A stretch of DNA of 64,000 nt, taken from positions 32,001 through 96,000 of the IMG/VR virus record IMGVR_UViG_3300033153_016035; one strand, 5' to 3'. The notes beneath the pieces are model-generated. The model did not search any database and was not told where the DNA came from. It was given only the letters and a program-made list of their open reading frames with translations. Each line of letters opens with the position of its first letter. The stretch's first letter is position 1. Shown here piece by piece: positions 9,679 to 19,090 of this stretch. This stretch comes from a virus. The position numbers were made by a program, and so were the translations under genes.

Positions 9679-12129
9679 CTACAATTCCATCTTAAATCCG
9701 GCTACACAAATTCCTATCTTCCCGTCGCTCCCATCGTCCATATACTCAAATTCCCTGTCGCCGTCCAGTACCATCTGAATCTGCCCCGAAGCAACATGTC
9801 CGCTATGGCGAACATGGTAGGTCGCAGAACTACCATTCCGTCTGAAGATGAAATCGGGACTCTTATCGTTTGTCTCATGTATCTGGAATAACACGTAAGT
9901 AACACCTACTGGAATAAATGGGGAAGCGTCTACCAGTGTCCACGATCCCGGATCAGTATTCCACACCAAGTCATTGTTGATGACATCATCGTAGAAATAT
10001 TCTTTATCCGGTCCTTTCCCGTTGACGTAGAACGGTTGAAAGTCTCCAGTGGGGCCATTGAGTACATACCCAATCAATTTCTTTGCCGTGAATCCCAAAG
10101 GGAGTGTCGGCGCTGTCGGTGAGGCGGAGAGAAGACCTTTGACAATTCCCGACAATGGGTTGTAAATGACAAAGATGTAGTAGATCGTGTCATTTGCTTC
10201 CCCCGCCACATCCAGGCCATTTTCCCCAATAGTGGTTATGGCGACGAGGATGTTAGAAGTATTCTTGATATTATAAGTATCGGTATCGTTTCGCGCCTCC
10301 CCCGGTTTTATTGTAATCTGTGTTACGCTTGTATACTCCGTTAGGTACCCATACATATGGGATACTGGATGTGCCGCAGATATAGCCTCATTGATCCCGT
10401 GGAGATGGGAAGTCAGTTGGTCGATCTGGCCAACTTCCGGTGTCCCGAAATTCCTGGTGTAGTTCGTGGGAACATACGTGATATTCAACTTGTCCCCATC
10501 CATTTCGTCGGCACCACCGTCTATGTGACGGGAGGCATGGTCAGCACTCGGGAGCAGTCGCGGGTCGCTGTCGGTGACATATGTATTACTGGCACTTGGG
10601 GCACCGTCTGACCCGACGAGGGCATCATTCTCATTCTGTGTCGGGAGGCGGGTGTCCTGTGTGGTGACATAGGGGTTCCCCGCTGTTGGCGTTCCATAGG
10701 AGCCCTGTAGGGCATCGTTCTCCGCCTGTAGTGGAACTCGAGGATCATTATCAGTGACGTAGGGGTTTGCCGCACCCGGTGTACCACTGGTCCCCTGTAG
10801 GGCGTCGTTCTCGTCTAAAGCGGGGAGTCGGGGATCAGAATTGGTAACGAACCGATTGGTCCCGGAAGATGTCCCATTTGTCCCCAACAGGGCATTGTTC
10901 TCGTCTGGTGTAGGGAGACGGGGATCAGAGTCGGTAACGAAGCGGTTAGAACCTGACGGAGTTCCATTCGTCCCCTGAAGGGCATCATTCTCTCCTGTGG
11001 TGGGGAGTCGGGGATCGGAGTCGGTAACAAACCGGTTGGCGTTACTCGGGGCTCCGCTCGCCCCTTGTGCCGCATCATTCTCATCCTGAGTGAGAAGACG
11101 AGTGTCCGCCGCCGTGACAAACCGGTTAGAACCGGAGGGTGCCCCAGAGGTTCCCTGGAGGGCATCATTCTCTGCCTGTGTTGGAACTCTTGGGTCCGAA
11201 TTGGTCACAAACCGATTTGTATTCGAGGGTACGCCATCGGTGCCCTGTAAGGCATCATTCTCCGCCTGAATCGGGATGCGGGGATCTGAGTCTGTTACAA
11301 ATCTATTGGTACCTGACGGGGCTCCGTCAGTCCCTTGAAGGGCATCGTTTTCGGTTTGCAGCGGAATACGCGGGTCTGAGTCTGTTACGAATCTATTAGT
11401 GCCTGACGGTACTCCGTCAGTTCCTTGAAGAGCATCATTCTCGGTTTGCAGTGGGATACGCGGATCCTGGTCGGTTACAAACCGATTAGTGTCCGATGGG
11501 GTTCCATACGTTCCCTGAAGCGCATCTGCGATACTACTAGAAGGAAGTAGTGGGTCGCTTTGTGTTATAAATAGATTAGTACCGCTCGGAGTTCCGTCTG
11601 AACCGGCGAGGGCATCATTCTCGTCAGAGGATGGTAGTACAGGGTCAGAACTCGTTACGAACCTATTTGTTCCGGAGGGGGTGCCGTCGGTTCCGGCGGC
11701 CGCATCATATTTATCTTCACTAAGATGGAAAGGCGGTATGTCTCCGGCTATAGCACCTAGGGCATCATGTTTGGATACCCCCTTTGTCATTTGTATCCAT
11801 CGACCAGATCCGGCATCCGGGGTAACTACATGTGGAACACTTTCTGCCTGTACCGACTGAAGATCAAAGCGGAAAAGGCCATTGTTGGCGGCCACATCAG
11901 ACTCTACATAACACAGCATCCTGTCTTCACGCGTGGTATCCGGTATTGCCTTTAACTCCACAATAGTGCCAACGGCCGGATGGTATGAACCGAAAGTCGT
12001 GGAAAAGAGCGTAATAGCGGCCGACTTTGTCAAAACCGGATTGAAACGACTAGGATCTTCTGCGTAGTCTATACCATCTTTTTGCCGTGCATTGAGAATT
12101 ATATCTTGAAGATTTGTTGTGACGGTCAT
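9679..12129 (-). CDS. Fibre/whisker-like protein with 13 tandem 30-aa repeats
   Basis: Repeats ENDALQGTxGxPSGTNRFVTDSDPRxP; HASRH..GG.D motif; C-terminal fibre-type domain (NGLD...YYIFVI, SPTAPTLP.GF). Confidence 0.7.
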   Translation of the reverse strand: MTVTTNLQDIILNARQKDGIDYAEDPSRFNPVLTKSAAITLFSTTFGSYHPAVGTIVELKAIPDTTREDRMLCYVESDVAANNGLFRFDLQSVQAESVPHVVTPDAGSGRWIQMTKGVSKHDALGAIAGDIPPFHLSEDKYDAAAGTDGTPSGTNRFVTSSDPVLPSSDENDALAGSDGTPSGTNLFITQSDPLLPSSSIADALQGTYGTPSDTNRFVTDQDPRIPLQTENDALQGTDGVPSGTNRFVTDSDPRIPLQTENDALQGTDGAPSGTNRFVTDSDPRIPIQAENDALQGTDGVPSNTNRFVTNSDPRVPTQAENDALQGTSGAPSGSNRFVTAADTRLLTQDENDAAQGASGAPSNANRFVTDSDPRLPTTGENDALQGTNGTPSGSNRFVTDSDPRLPTPDENNALLGTNGTSSGTNRFVTNSDPRLPALDENDALQGTSGTPGAANPYVTDNDPRVPLQAENDALQGSYGTPTAGNPYVTTQDTRLPTQNENDALVGSDGAPSASNTYVTDSDPRLLPSADHASRHIDGGADEMDGDKLNITYVPTNYTRNFGTPEVGQIDQLTSHLHGINEAISAAHPVSHMYGYLTEYTSVTQITIKPGEARNDTDTYNIKNTSNILVAITTIGENGLDVAGEANDTIYYIFVIYNPLSGIVKGLLSASPTAPTLPLGFTAKKLIGYVLNGPTGDFQPFYVNGKGPDKEYFYDDVINNDLVWNTDPGSWTLVDASPFIPVGVTYVLFQIHETNDKSPDFIFRRNGSSATYHVRHSGHVASGQIQMVLDGDREFEYMDDGSDGKIGICVAGFKMEL
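10545..11712 (-). repeat. Intragenic tandem repeat, 13 x 90 bp
   Basis: Recurring ggcatcattctc / ggcatcgtt at 90-nt spacing, matching the 30-aa protein repeat. Confidence 0.9.
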
Positions 12130-12878
12130 TGTATTTCCTTCAACTTTTCCTCTAGGGCTGCGGCCCGCGCCTCATGTCCTATTTCTGCCCGCGCTTTCAA
12201 GATTTCCTTGAAAGCCGGTTTCCAATGTTTCCTGGGCGGAAGTTTTATTGTAACCACGCGCTCTGGATCCCCAAACAGTGGGATGGTAAAGGCACTTGTT
12301 CCAAATTCCAGCATCTTTGCTAATTTCCCAAGCATTATTCCGGATGAATGTTCTCGGTTGGCCAGAGTCACCACATAATAAACCCCAACCTCTGCCATCT
12401 TGACTTTTCTTATCACTATACCACGGAGATATTCCCCAGAAGACATAAGTTCTCTAGGGTCTAAACCCGTCTCAATTTTTTTATCAACCCACATTTCGGA
12501 CAGTCTTGGTATCCGTTTAAAAGGAACTCTTCTAACCTTTGGTTTACCCAGTGACCTGGGCGGAAGAAGTTTCTTCGTATTCATTATTTTTTCAATTTTT
12601 GGTACAATGTCCCGCTTTTTCCATTCTGGTGGTTCGTCCGGAACTTTACTTCCCCTCTTATCCGGCTGACGTTTTAATACCGGTCTTCCTTTTAGGGGCT
12701 TTTTGACCAATAGTTTGTCAATTAGAAGATCCCGTGCGCCGAAGGCCAAAAGCTTTAAATGAACTGCGGTTCCCTCTACCATAGCTTTTGACAGTACAGT
12801 TATCATCGGATCTACCGATTTTATAATGATAGTTTTTTTACCTATCTGAATTTTGGTCGACAAAGTTACCGTAACCAT
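12126..12878 (-). CDS. Putative neck/tail-component protein (HK97 gp10-like motif)
   Basis: Basic protein with LAKMLEFGT and LPPRKHWKPA motifs. Confidence 0.5.
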   Translation of the reverse strand: MVTVTLSTKIQIGKKTIIIKSVDPMITVLSKAMVEGTAVHLKLLAFGARDLLIDKLLVKKPLKGRPVLKRQPDKRGSKVPDEPPEWKKRDIVPKIEKIMNTKKLLPPRSLGKPKVRRVPFKRIPRLSEMWVDKKIETGLDPRELMSSGEYLRGIVIRKVKMAEVGVYYVVTLANREHSSGIMLGKLAKMLEFGTSAFTIPLFGDPERVVTIKLPPRKHWKPAFKEILKARAEIGHEARAAALEEKLKEIQ

Positions 12879-13465
12879 AACGGGTGGTCAATCTCCTTTT
12901 CGGGATCTCGGGCCAGTGCCTGAATTGGATTTGTACTGTCACTACGATAAAGATCCGCTTTGCCAGCCCAAGTGACAAACCGATCGACGAGCTTGTAATG
13001 GTCCGCTGCGGCAGCATCTGCTATCTCGTAGATGCTGTCATTCCATTGATAAAGATCATTTGGAGCCGGAAGATAAAAATGGTACCCCAATTCCGCATCT
13101 TCTGTTTCAAAAATCTCACCCAGTCTTATAGTCTCAGCCAGATCCACACGAAAGTTATGAACTACCTCGTCCTCAGTGCCCGTCGTCTCCAGCTTTTTTA
13201 CGGCGGCGCCGTGCCCCAAATGAAAGAGAGCTACTATAGGGTCCGCGTACTTGCGTTTTGTGGGCTCTCGGTATACCGGGTCCACGGCTGCTTCCCCAGC
13301 TAAATACCGCCAAAAGAAAACAGGAGTTAACCTCAGAGCCGCCGAACTTTGTAGTCTAATCACGTGCGTTAACATATGGTCGGCCCGTGGTTGCCACCTA
13401 CCTTTCAGTGTGTGCGGGAATATGTCCTTAAGTGTTTTTGTCGGATTGGAAGATATCATCAACAA
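12866..13465 (-). CDS. Putative neck / head-closure protein (gp14-like)
   Basis: VDPVYRE and P.PNDL..W....YEI motifs; position in the neck cluster. Confidence 0.55.
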   Translation of the reverse strand: MLMISSNPTKTLKDIFPHTLKGRWQPRADHMLTHVIRLQSSAALRLTPVFFWRYLAGEAAVDPVYREPTKRKYADPIVALFHLGHGAAVKKLETTGTEDEVVHNFRVDLAETIRLGEIFETEDAELGYHFYLPAPNDLYQWNDSIYEIADAAAADHYKLVDRFVTWAGKADLYRSDSTNPIQALARDPEKEIDHPLWLR

Positions 13466-14147
13466 CCTTCTTCGTTACAACAGGACCAAAAGCTTTACGC
13501 ATTAAATAGACTAACATAGCTATCGTATACTCTATAGGGGTTACAACACCGTACTGTGCAAAGGCGCGTATCCAACGTGGGCCACTAAAAGGGTTTATAG
13601 AATAAACAAAAAGTCTCCATCTAAAAGCCCAGTTCCGTTTACTAGCATCTTTTAGATCTGCTTCACTGGCCGTGTAACCCAGAGCATTGGCCATCATATC
13701 CAACTCATCTTCTGTACGAAGTTTCTCAAAGTATTTGTATGTCCATAGACCCTTTCGCCCCACTTGGAGTTCTTCACCGGCTTTATATAATTTCCGCAGT
13801 GCCGTTCGGGACAAGTTTACTAAATAGGAGTCAGAGGGCAATTTGGCTTTTGGCGGAGGAGGTAAAAACAGCTTCCGCATAAAATTGAAAATAGCCCTTC
13901 GTTCCTCAAGTGGCAATACTGAACTACTTGAAAAATCTTCAAATATGGCTTGCCAGTAGATGGCCCGGTCCTCATATTTAGTACCCCGAACAACCTCTAC
14001 CAACCGCTGTGTGATTGGCCGAAGAGCCGCTGGGTCAGTACTACAACATTTTGGGACAACATCCCGCACATGGCCATTTACCTCAGTTATATGAACCTTC
14101 GCCAACCAGGCATAAAAAGAACGTGCTAGAGCTAAACTATCTACCAT
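13428..14147 (-). CDS. Hypothetical protein
   Basis: 239-aa ORF in operon. Confidence 0.6.
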   Translation of the reverse strand: MVDSLALARSFYAWLAKVHITEVNGHVRDVVPKCCSTDPAALRPITQRLVEVVRGTKYEDRAIYWQAIFEDFSSSSVLPLEERRAIFNFMRKLFLPPPPKAKLPSDSYLVNLSRTALRKLYKAGEELQVGRKGLWTYKYFEKLRTEDELDMMANALGYTASEADLKDASKRNWAFRWRLFVYSINPFSGPRWIRAFAQYGVVTPIEYTIAMLVYLMRKAFGPVVTKKVVDDIFQSDKNT

Positions 14148-14152
14148 TTTTT

Positions 14153-14884
14153 CTATCCAAATATGGGTCGTGGTGGCAAGTGTCGGAGATTCCGATCTAA
14201 CTTTTCTTCCAGTTCTTTAACAGCAGCATTTCCCTCAGAGCGAAGCTCGCCGGCATCGGTAGAAATATTTCCCTGGGCCGCCGGGATAGCGCCAAATTTA
14301 CCCAGGATGCGTGCCAGAACTTTTTTTGTGTAACCTACCGCGCCGTCTAAGAAATCCACTTCTAGGTGAAATGGTATTTCCTCAACCTTTAAAGGAACTA
14401 GAAGCAAGGCCGTGGCTCGAACGCCGTCGTAAGACTTTGTATTTATAAAAAGCGTGCGAGACGGGCTGTCCCATTTCCACATAGGGCCAGACCCTAAAAA
14501 GTGGTCATACCTATCGGCAGCAACCAGTTGACTATAAATTCTACGTGGGGAACGCACGCCATAAATGCCGTGGAACGGGAAGAAATGTCGATGACCGGGG
14601 CTAAAAGTAGACTCACTGTCTTTCATAAACTTAACGTCTTTGACATTTACGCCCAACTCCACCTCTTCCGACAGGTCAAAATTCTGTTCCCCGACCAAAA
14701 GTCCTAAAGGACGCCACCGCCAAACAGGACGATATTTGTTAAAAAGAGTAAGCGTTCTCCAAATAGCGTGATCTATGGAGGGTTCGTCCAGTTCGACGTT
14801 CCACTGTGCTCCACCTAAACTTAAATAGATCCTGTCACGCCATTCAGCCAGGGTCTTCGGCTGTGCCCACGTAAGGTAGTCCAT
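14153..14884 (-). CDS. Neck / head-tail adaptor protein (T4 gp13-like)
   Basis: IYLSLGGAQWNVELDEPSID and LARILGKFGAIP...G.ELRSEG signatures. Confidence 0.8.
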   Translation of the reverse strand: MDYLTWAQPKTLAEWRDRIYLSLGGAQWNVELDEPSIDHAIWRTLTLFNKYRPVWRWRPLGLLVGEQNFDLSEEVELGVNVKDVKFMKDSESTFSPGHRHFFPFHGIYGVRSPRRIYSQLVAADRYDHFLGSGPMWKWDSPSRTLFINTKSYDGVRATALLLVPLKVEEIPFHLEVDFLDGAVGYTKKVLARILGKFGAIPAAQGNISTDAGELRSEGNAAVKELEEKLDRNLRHLPPRPIFG

Positions 14885-15324
14885 TACCGGTTCTCTTCCT
14901 CTCGTTTAAGGCGGTGAGCCTCTTGTACCCATTCGGGGACAATTTCCCCAATTCGTTCGCGCCGAGTTCCCTCCAGTGCCTGAAGGTGGACTTTTGTCAA
15001 TTTATAACACAGTTGAAGTCCTTCCAGCCGCTCTTTGGACACAAGCCTCCTAAAATATTCCCCTTTAGCCCGGTCGCCCATAAGAAGTCGAACTGAAGGC
15101 TTTGCGGGCCGACAGATCAATTTTGGGTTTTCTTCCACATTGATAATAATATCTTCTGCGCACCGTTTGGGTTCCAGTTCGTAGAGAACTTGATCTGCTA
15201 TCTCACCTTGGACCCCTTCCAGTACTGCTGTTGCTTGATCCAAAATACTATCTTCCTTTTTCTTACTCTTAGAATCACCCATTCTCAACACCTTTCTTAA
15301 TTGAGGATGGGCGCGTTGGCCCAT
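14884..15324 (-). CDS. Hypothetical protein (start may be 15282)
   Basis: ORF between capsid and neck genes. Confidence 0.55.
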   Translation of the reverse strand: MGQRAHPQLRKVLRMGDSKSKKKEDSILDQATAVLEGVQGEIADQVLYELEPKRCAEDIIINVEENPKLICRPAKPSVRLLMGDRAKGEYFRRLVSKERLEGLQLCYKLTKVHLQALEGTRRERIGEIVPEWVQEAHRLKREEENR

Positions 15325-15350
15325 CCCCCTGTTTAATGTGACGATTTGTC

Positions 15351-16790
15351 TTACAGGTTGATGACTTCAATTCGTCCCAGCATCTCGGGGTTTATCACAT
15401 GGATAACGTACTCAGTGAGGAGTGCGGTATCTTTGTGGAATGCCTTCACATGGACTGGGGCTTTATACAGCGGTATGTACATACCTATGATTGCCGCCGT
15501 GTTGATTATCTCGTTGCCCCGGTAAGACAAAACAGCGGAACCAGGCTTGAAAGTCGGATCACAAATACAGGTCAAACCGTGGTTGGTAAGGGTTCCCGCC
15601 ATTTTCGGACCGGCAAGCGCATCGGTACCACCGGGAGCCCCTTCGCCCTGGAAGCCCTTGGTATACTGAAACAGAAACCAAATGTCTGGCGCAAAGATAC
15701 ACACATTGGGGCGTACTCTTTGCGTGTTTTGCCAAATTTCATTTTGGAGTCTGGTTATAAGGATACCAAAGGAATCAATGTGCTCCTGGTAGGAAATGCC
15801 TGCGGGGTTGGTGTTGTCGAATATAATCGACCCACCCCGTGCCACCCGGTACAGATGTCGTACAACATGTTTGAACTTCTCTGCCATGATGATTTTGGCA
15901 CCAGCATCCATGATGGTTGGTTCTGCGTCGACACCCCAATCGTTGAGCAGGTCAAATACCGATTGCTGACTCCATTGCGTCGCGATAGCTCTCGGGCGTG
16001 CCTCGACGGTGACGCTCCGTAAGGAGATACCATACTTCGGTAGTTCGGTGGCTGCTTCAATATTATAGGTATATGTGGTGGTTACCGGTCCGGACGTGGC
16101 GCCGGAGAAGACGCAGGAAAATTCCCCCGTCAGGTAGTTCACTGTGTTACTGAAACCGGGAGCCGGGGCGCCTACATCACCGACCAGATTGCCGTTACGA
16201 TCATCACGGATCACCAAGGTTCCGTCGGTTATCAGAACGGAATCTGGCACCGCTGGAAGGTACTCAAGTGTACTGGTGTACTGCGTGGATCCCGCCGCTC
16301 CGATGGGCTCCTCCTTAACTTCTTCTGAGGAAAAGTCGTCGGAACCATAAAAACCCCTAAGGGCGTCGAACATTCGTTGGCCAGAGGGAAGCTTCCCTTT
16401 ACTCCTTTCTGTCTGTATATCCAGATAGTGGATACGTCCAGATCTGTTTTGGAGCGGTTGCTCGGAGATAACCTTGTCGGTCAAATCATCTGCGTTGGAC
16501 GCCGATATTAAAGCCAGACCCGTCTTAATCCACTTGGGCAGATCAGCACGGGAAGTTTCTTGCAGATTCATGGTTTTACGAACAAAGTTTTCACAGAGAA
16601 TGGCAGTCTTAGTCTTTACGAACTCATCGGGATCTTCCCCCAAGGGCTCCAGCACATTTATAGGCTTGTCTATGCCTAAATCAGTCAACGTGAACCTCTC
16701 GTAGCTTTCTACAAGTTTTCTGTTGGCCGATACAAATTGATCGACGGTAAAGGGGGAATCCGCATTCCGTCTATTGGTTGATTTTAACAT
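15351..16790 (-). CDS. Major capsid protein (T4 gp23-like) with inserted beta-module
   Basis: ISEQPLQNRSGRIHYL, TVEARPRAIATQWS...DL, YIPLY; start reassigned to ATG 16790 behind GAGGAG. Confidence 0.9.
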   Translation of the reverse strand: MLKSTNRRNADSPFTVDQFVSANRKLVESYERFTLTDLGIDKPINVLEPLGEDPDEFVKTKTAILCENFVRKTMNLQETSRADLPKWIKTGLALISASNADDLTDKVISEQPLQNRSGRIHYLDIQTERSKGKLPSGQRMFDALRGFYGSDDFSSEEVKEEPIGAAGSTQYTSTLEYLPAVPDSVLITDGTLVIRDDRNGNLVGDVGAPAPGFSNTVNYLTGEFSCVFSGATSGPVTTTYTYNIEAATELPKYGISLRSVTVEARPRAIATQWSQQSVFDLLNDWGVDAEPTIMDAGAKIIMAEKFKHVVRHLYRVARGGSIIFDNTNPAGISYQEHIDSFGILITRLQNEIWQNTQRVRPNVCIFAPDIWFLFQYTKGFQGEGAPGGTDALAGPKMAGTLTNHGLTCICDPTFKPGSAVLSYRGNEIINTAAIIGMYIPLYKAPVHVKAFHKDTALLTEYVIHVINPEMLGRIEVINL

Positions 16791-16818
16791 ATCTACTCCT
16801 CGTTTTTTCCAACGGACT

Positions 16819-18819
16819 TCACTTTTTGCGCTTACGATGCTTCGCAAGCCTACCAAATATATTGTCAGAGGGCGCGGGGCCGTCGGAGACGGTAACCGCT
16901 TGGGGTTGTGGTGGCAATTCCGGGGGCATGAAGGCTTCATTTAAATCCAAAGGAACTTGCAGTCCCACTTCATCGAAACTAGAAATAGCACCACTGGAGA
17001 TGGGTTCGTGAACTTTTCCCTTGTTACCCTTTCGGTTACTAGGAGAAGATTCGTTTAAAGCTTTTAAAAAAGCTCCTGCGGTTTCTTGTAGACTCGGAAG
17101 AGTCTTACATTTACTAAGAAATCCCTTGAACTTAACCAATTCCTTGCACTCTTTTAGAAGCCTTCCAAGTTCCACCTTGGTAAGTTCCTCTTCAAACATG
17201 CCGACCATTTCCTGGTTAATCATACGGAGATTTCCATTATCTGTGATTAGACTGTGAGCAGTCTTTTTGAGTGTCTGGATCTCCTCATTCAAATCATGAA
17301 TAACTTGATCCCTGGCCCGTATACTCCCACTGTACCCTTCCGGCACAGAAATATCAGGCTCTACTTCTTCTGCTTCTTCGGGGAAGTCTTCTGGTTCTTC
17401 GGGGATATCCCCCATTTCAACAGGCATTCCCTGGCCGCTTAACATCAATGAGTTTATCTGCGCCTTGGCCCCTTCCGGGTCATTGGCGACGGCCACCTTA
17501 ATGCACAACTTGTCACCCACCCAGAAGGTGTCTATAGACTTGACATTATCCTCCAGGGCACTCTGGATAAGATTTAAAAGGTTTTCTGATTCCTCACCCA
17601 CACGGAAAATATTTATTTTCTTACGGGTCGCGTCCGATAGACTTGTCAAAGGAAAGGAACACTCTACCGTATGGCTTATATCACCATCATTATCTGAAAC
17701 AGTCTCCGGCGGGGCTTCTGGTAATACTTCTGGAGCGGGCACCGAGTCTTCGGGGGCCGGTACTGTTTCCGCACGCTCTGCGGCATCTTTTGCTTTCTCT
17801 GCGGCGGCCTGCGCAATATTTGCTGCTGCTGCCGCCCCCTCTGGGGTACTAGCCTGCTTTGCCACCTTTAAGGCGGCTTCGGCCTCTCCGGCGGCTATAG
17901 TGGCTTGTGCTGCGGCGGCCTCAGTCTCGGCGGTATTGCCGTCAGTGCCAACTACGGCCGCAGCTTTTACGGCGGCTCCTTGCGCCTTCTCAGCCGCTGC
18001 CCGCGCAGCGTTAGCGGCGGCTTCAGCAGTTTCTACAAGATTCACCTTCCAATTTTTATAGATTTTACGTTTCATTTTGATTGCCTCATCAAGTAATCGT
18101 AGCCCCATTTTGATACTGTCTTGGGGGGTCAGGAGGTGGTTTCCCATGAAGACTAAATCATTATACCGACCCTCCCAAGTATCGTTCCACCCCTCGACGG
18201 TGCATTCTTCTTGTAGACCCCGTATCTGCACTTGCAGTTTTGCCGCTTGCTCTTGTTCTTTTAAGTCTTCCGGAGATTTTGCCCGGAGTTTTTCTTGGAG
18301 ACTTTCGTGTAGAAACGCTCCTGGCGTTGAGGGTTCAGCCACCAGGTCAAATGTTTCTGGCACGAAATCCTCTTGGACTTCATCTATTCCCTCAGCATTG
18401 CGGCGAACACTACCACGGGCGCGGGAGGAGATCCCTACGGATAAGCCATCCCGTAAAAGCGCTTTTGCCGTTTGTCCGGTGAGTGTACTGAGTGTTTCTA
18501 TTGAGCCATGAACTTCTCCGTTCTCCCGTAGAGAAATATTGGTTATGACAATAGCCGCTTCTTTTAAATGACTTTTTCCGTCTGCCGGGTGCTCCAGGTG
18601 GCCAAACACTCTCCAGGACTTTATGGCCTGCATAAAGTCGCTATTTGGGCTACAGTGTTGCTCCCAAACGCGTCTAGGATAAATTCTTCCATTGCGATTT
18701 TTTACGTCGCAGTGCTGAAATTTCCCTGAAACCCGTATTCTTCCGTCTGGAAGTTCCTCGATGGACTCTCTCAGCGTCCCGGACAAGGGAATGGAATCTG
18801 TTAACAGTTGTCTTGACAT
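16819..18819 (-). CDS. Prohead protease (T4 gp21-like) fused to scaffold-like acidic/Ala-rich and coiled-coil region
   Basis: KNRNGRIYP, GHLEHP, GISSRARGS, TFDLVAEPSTPGA; start ATG 18819 behind GGAG. Confidence 0.9.
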   Translation of the reverse strand: MSRQLLTDSIPLSGTLRESIEELPDGRIRVSGKFQHCDVKNRNGRIYPRRVWEQHCSPNSDFMQAIKSWRVFGHLEHPADGKSHLKEAAIVITNISLRENGEVHGSIETLSTLTGQTAKALLRDGLSVGISSRARGSVRRNAEGIDEVQEDFVPETFDLVAEPSTPGAFLHESLQEKLRAKSPEDLKEQEQAAKLQVQIRGLQEECTVEGWNDTWEGRYNDLVFMGNHLLTPQDSIKMGLRLLDEAIKMKRKIYKNWKVNLVETAEAAANAARAAAEKAQGAAVKAAAVVGTDGNTAETEAAAAQATIAAGEAEAALKVAKQASTPEGAAAAANIAQAAAEKAKDAAERAETVPAPEDSVPAPEVLPEAPPETVSDNDGDISHTVECSFPLTSLSDATRKKINIFRVGEESENLLNLIQSALEDNVKSIDTFWVGDKLCIKVAVANDPEGAKAQINSLMLSGQGMPVEMGDIPEEPEDFPEEAEEVEPDISVPEGYSGSIRARDQVIHDLNEEIQTLKKTAHSLITDNGNLRMINQEMVGMFEEELTKVELGRLLKECKELVKFKGFLSKCKTLPSLQETAGAFLKALNESSPSNRKGNKGKVHEPISSGAISSFDEVGLQVPLDLNEAFMPPELPPQPQAVTVSDGPAPSDNIFGRLAKHRKRKK

Positions 18820-19090
18820 TTTTATTCTCCACCACGGCGCACTCTCCCGATTGGGGTTTGTACGCAATTACCCCATGCATCCGTATCATATCAAAAAGAT
18901 TCAGTCCGTCTTTTTGCTTTATAACGTATTCAGTGTCTGCGGCACTATCAAAAGATAGGTTGTAGGTATTGCTATCGCTAAAGTCAGCATTAGGTATTTG
19001 CAAAATCATTTTACTCCCCCTACGAGGATTATAATGAAAACAAACCACCTGGTAGTCTTCCAGCTTTGGAAGTTTTAAAGTCCTACTCAT
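18674..19090 (-). CDS. Hypothetical protein overlapping the protease 5' end
   Basis: ATGA-coupled to the upstream gene; fills otherwise empty 18820-19087. Confidence 0.55.
   Translation of the reverse strand: MSRTLKLPKLEDYQVVCFHYNPRRGSKMILQIPNADFSDSNTYNLSFDSAADTEYVIKQKDGLNLFDMIRMHGVIAYKPQSGECAVVENKNVKTTVNRFHSLVRDAERVHRGTSRRKNTGFREISALRRKKSQWKNLS

Noticed and set aside
10545-11712. Diversity-generating retroelement or CRISPR-like repeat in the fibre gene
   Set aside because: In-frame 90-bp coding repeats with ordinary divergence; no reverse transcriptase or template/variable repeat pair was seen.
16791-16940. N-terminal 50-aa extension of the capsid ORF in the track
   Set aside because: It overlaps the protease C-terminus, and the GAGGAG RBS supports ATG 16790.
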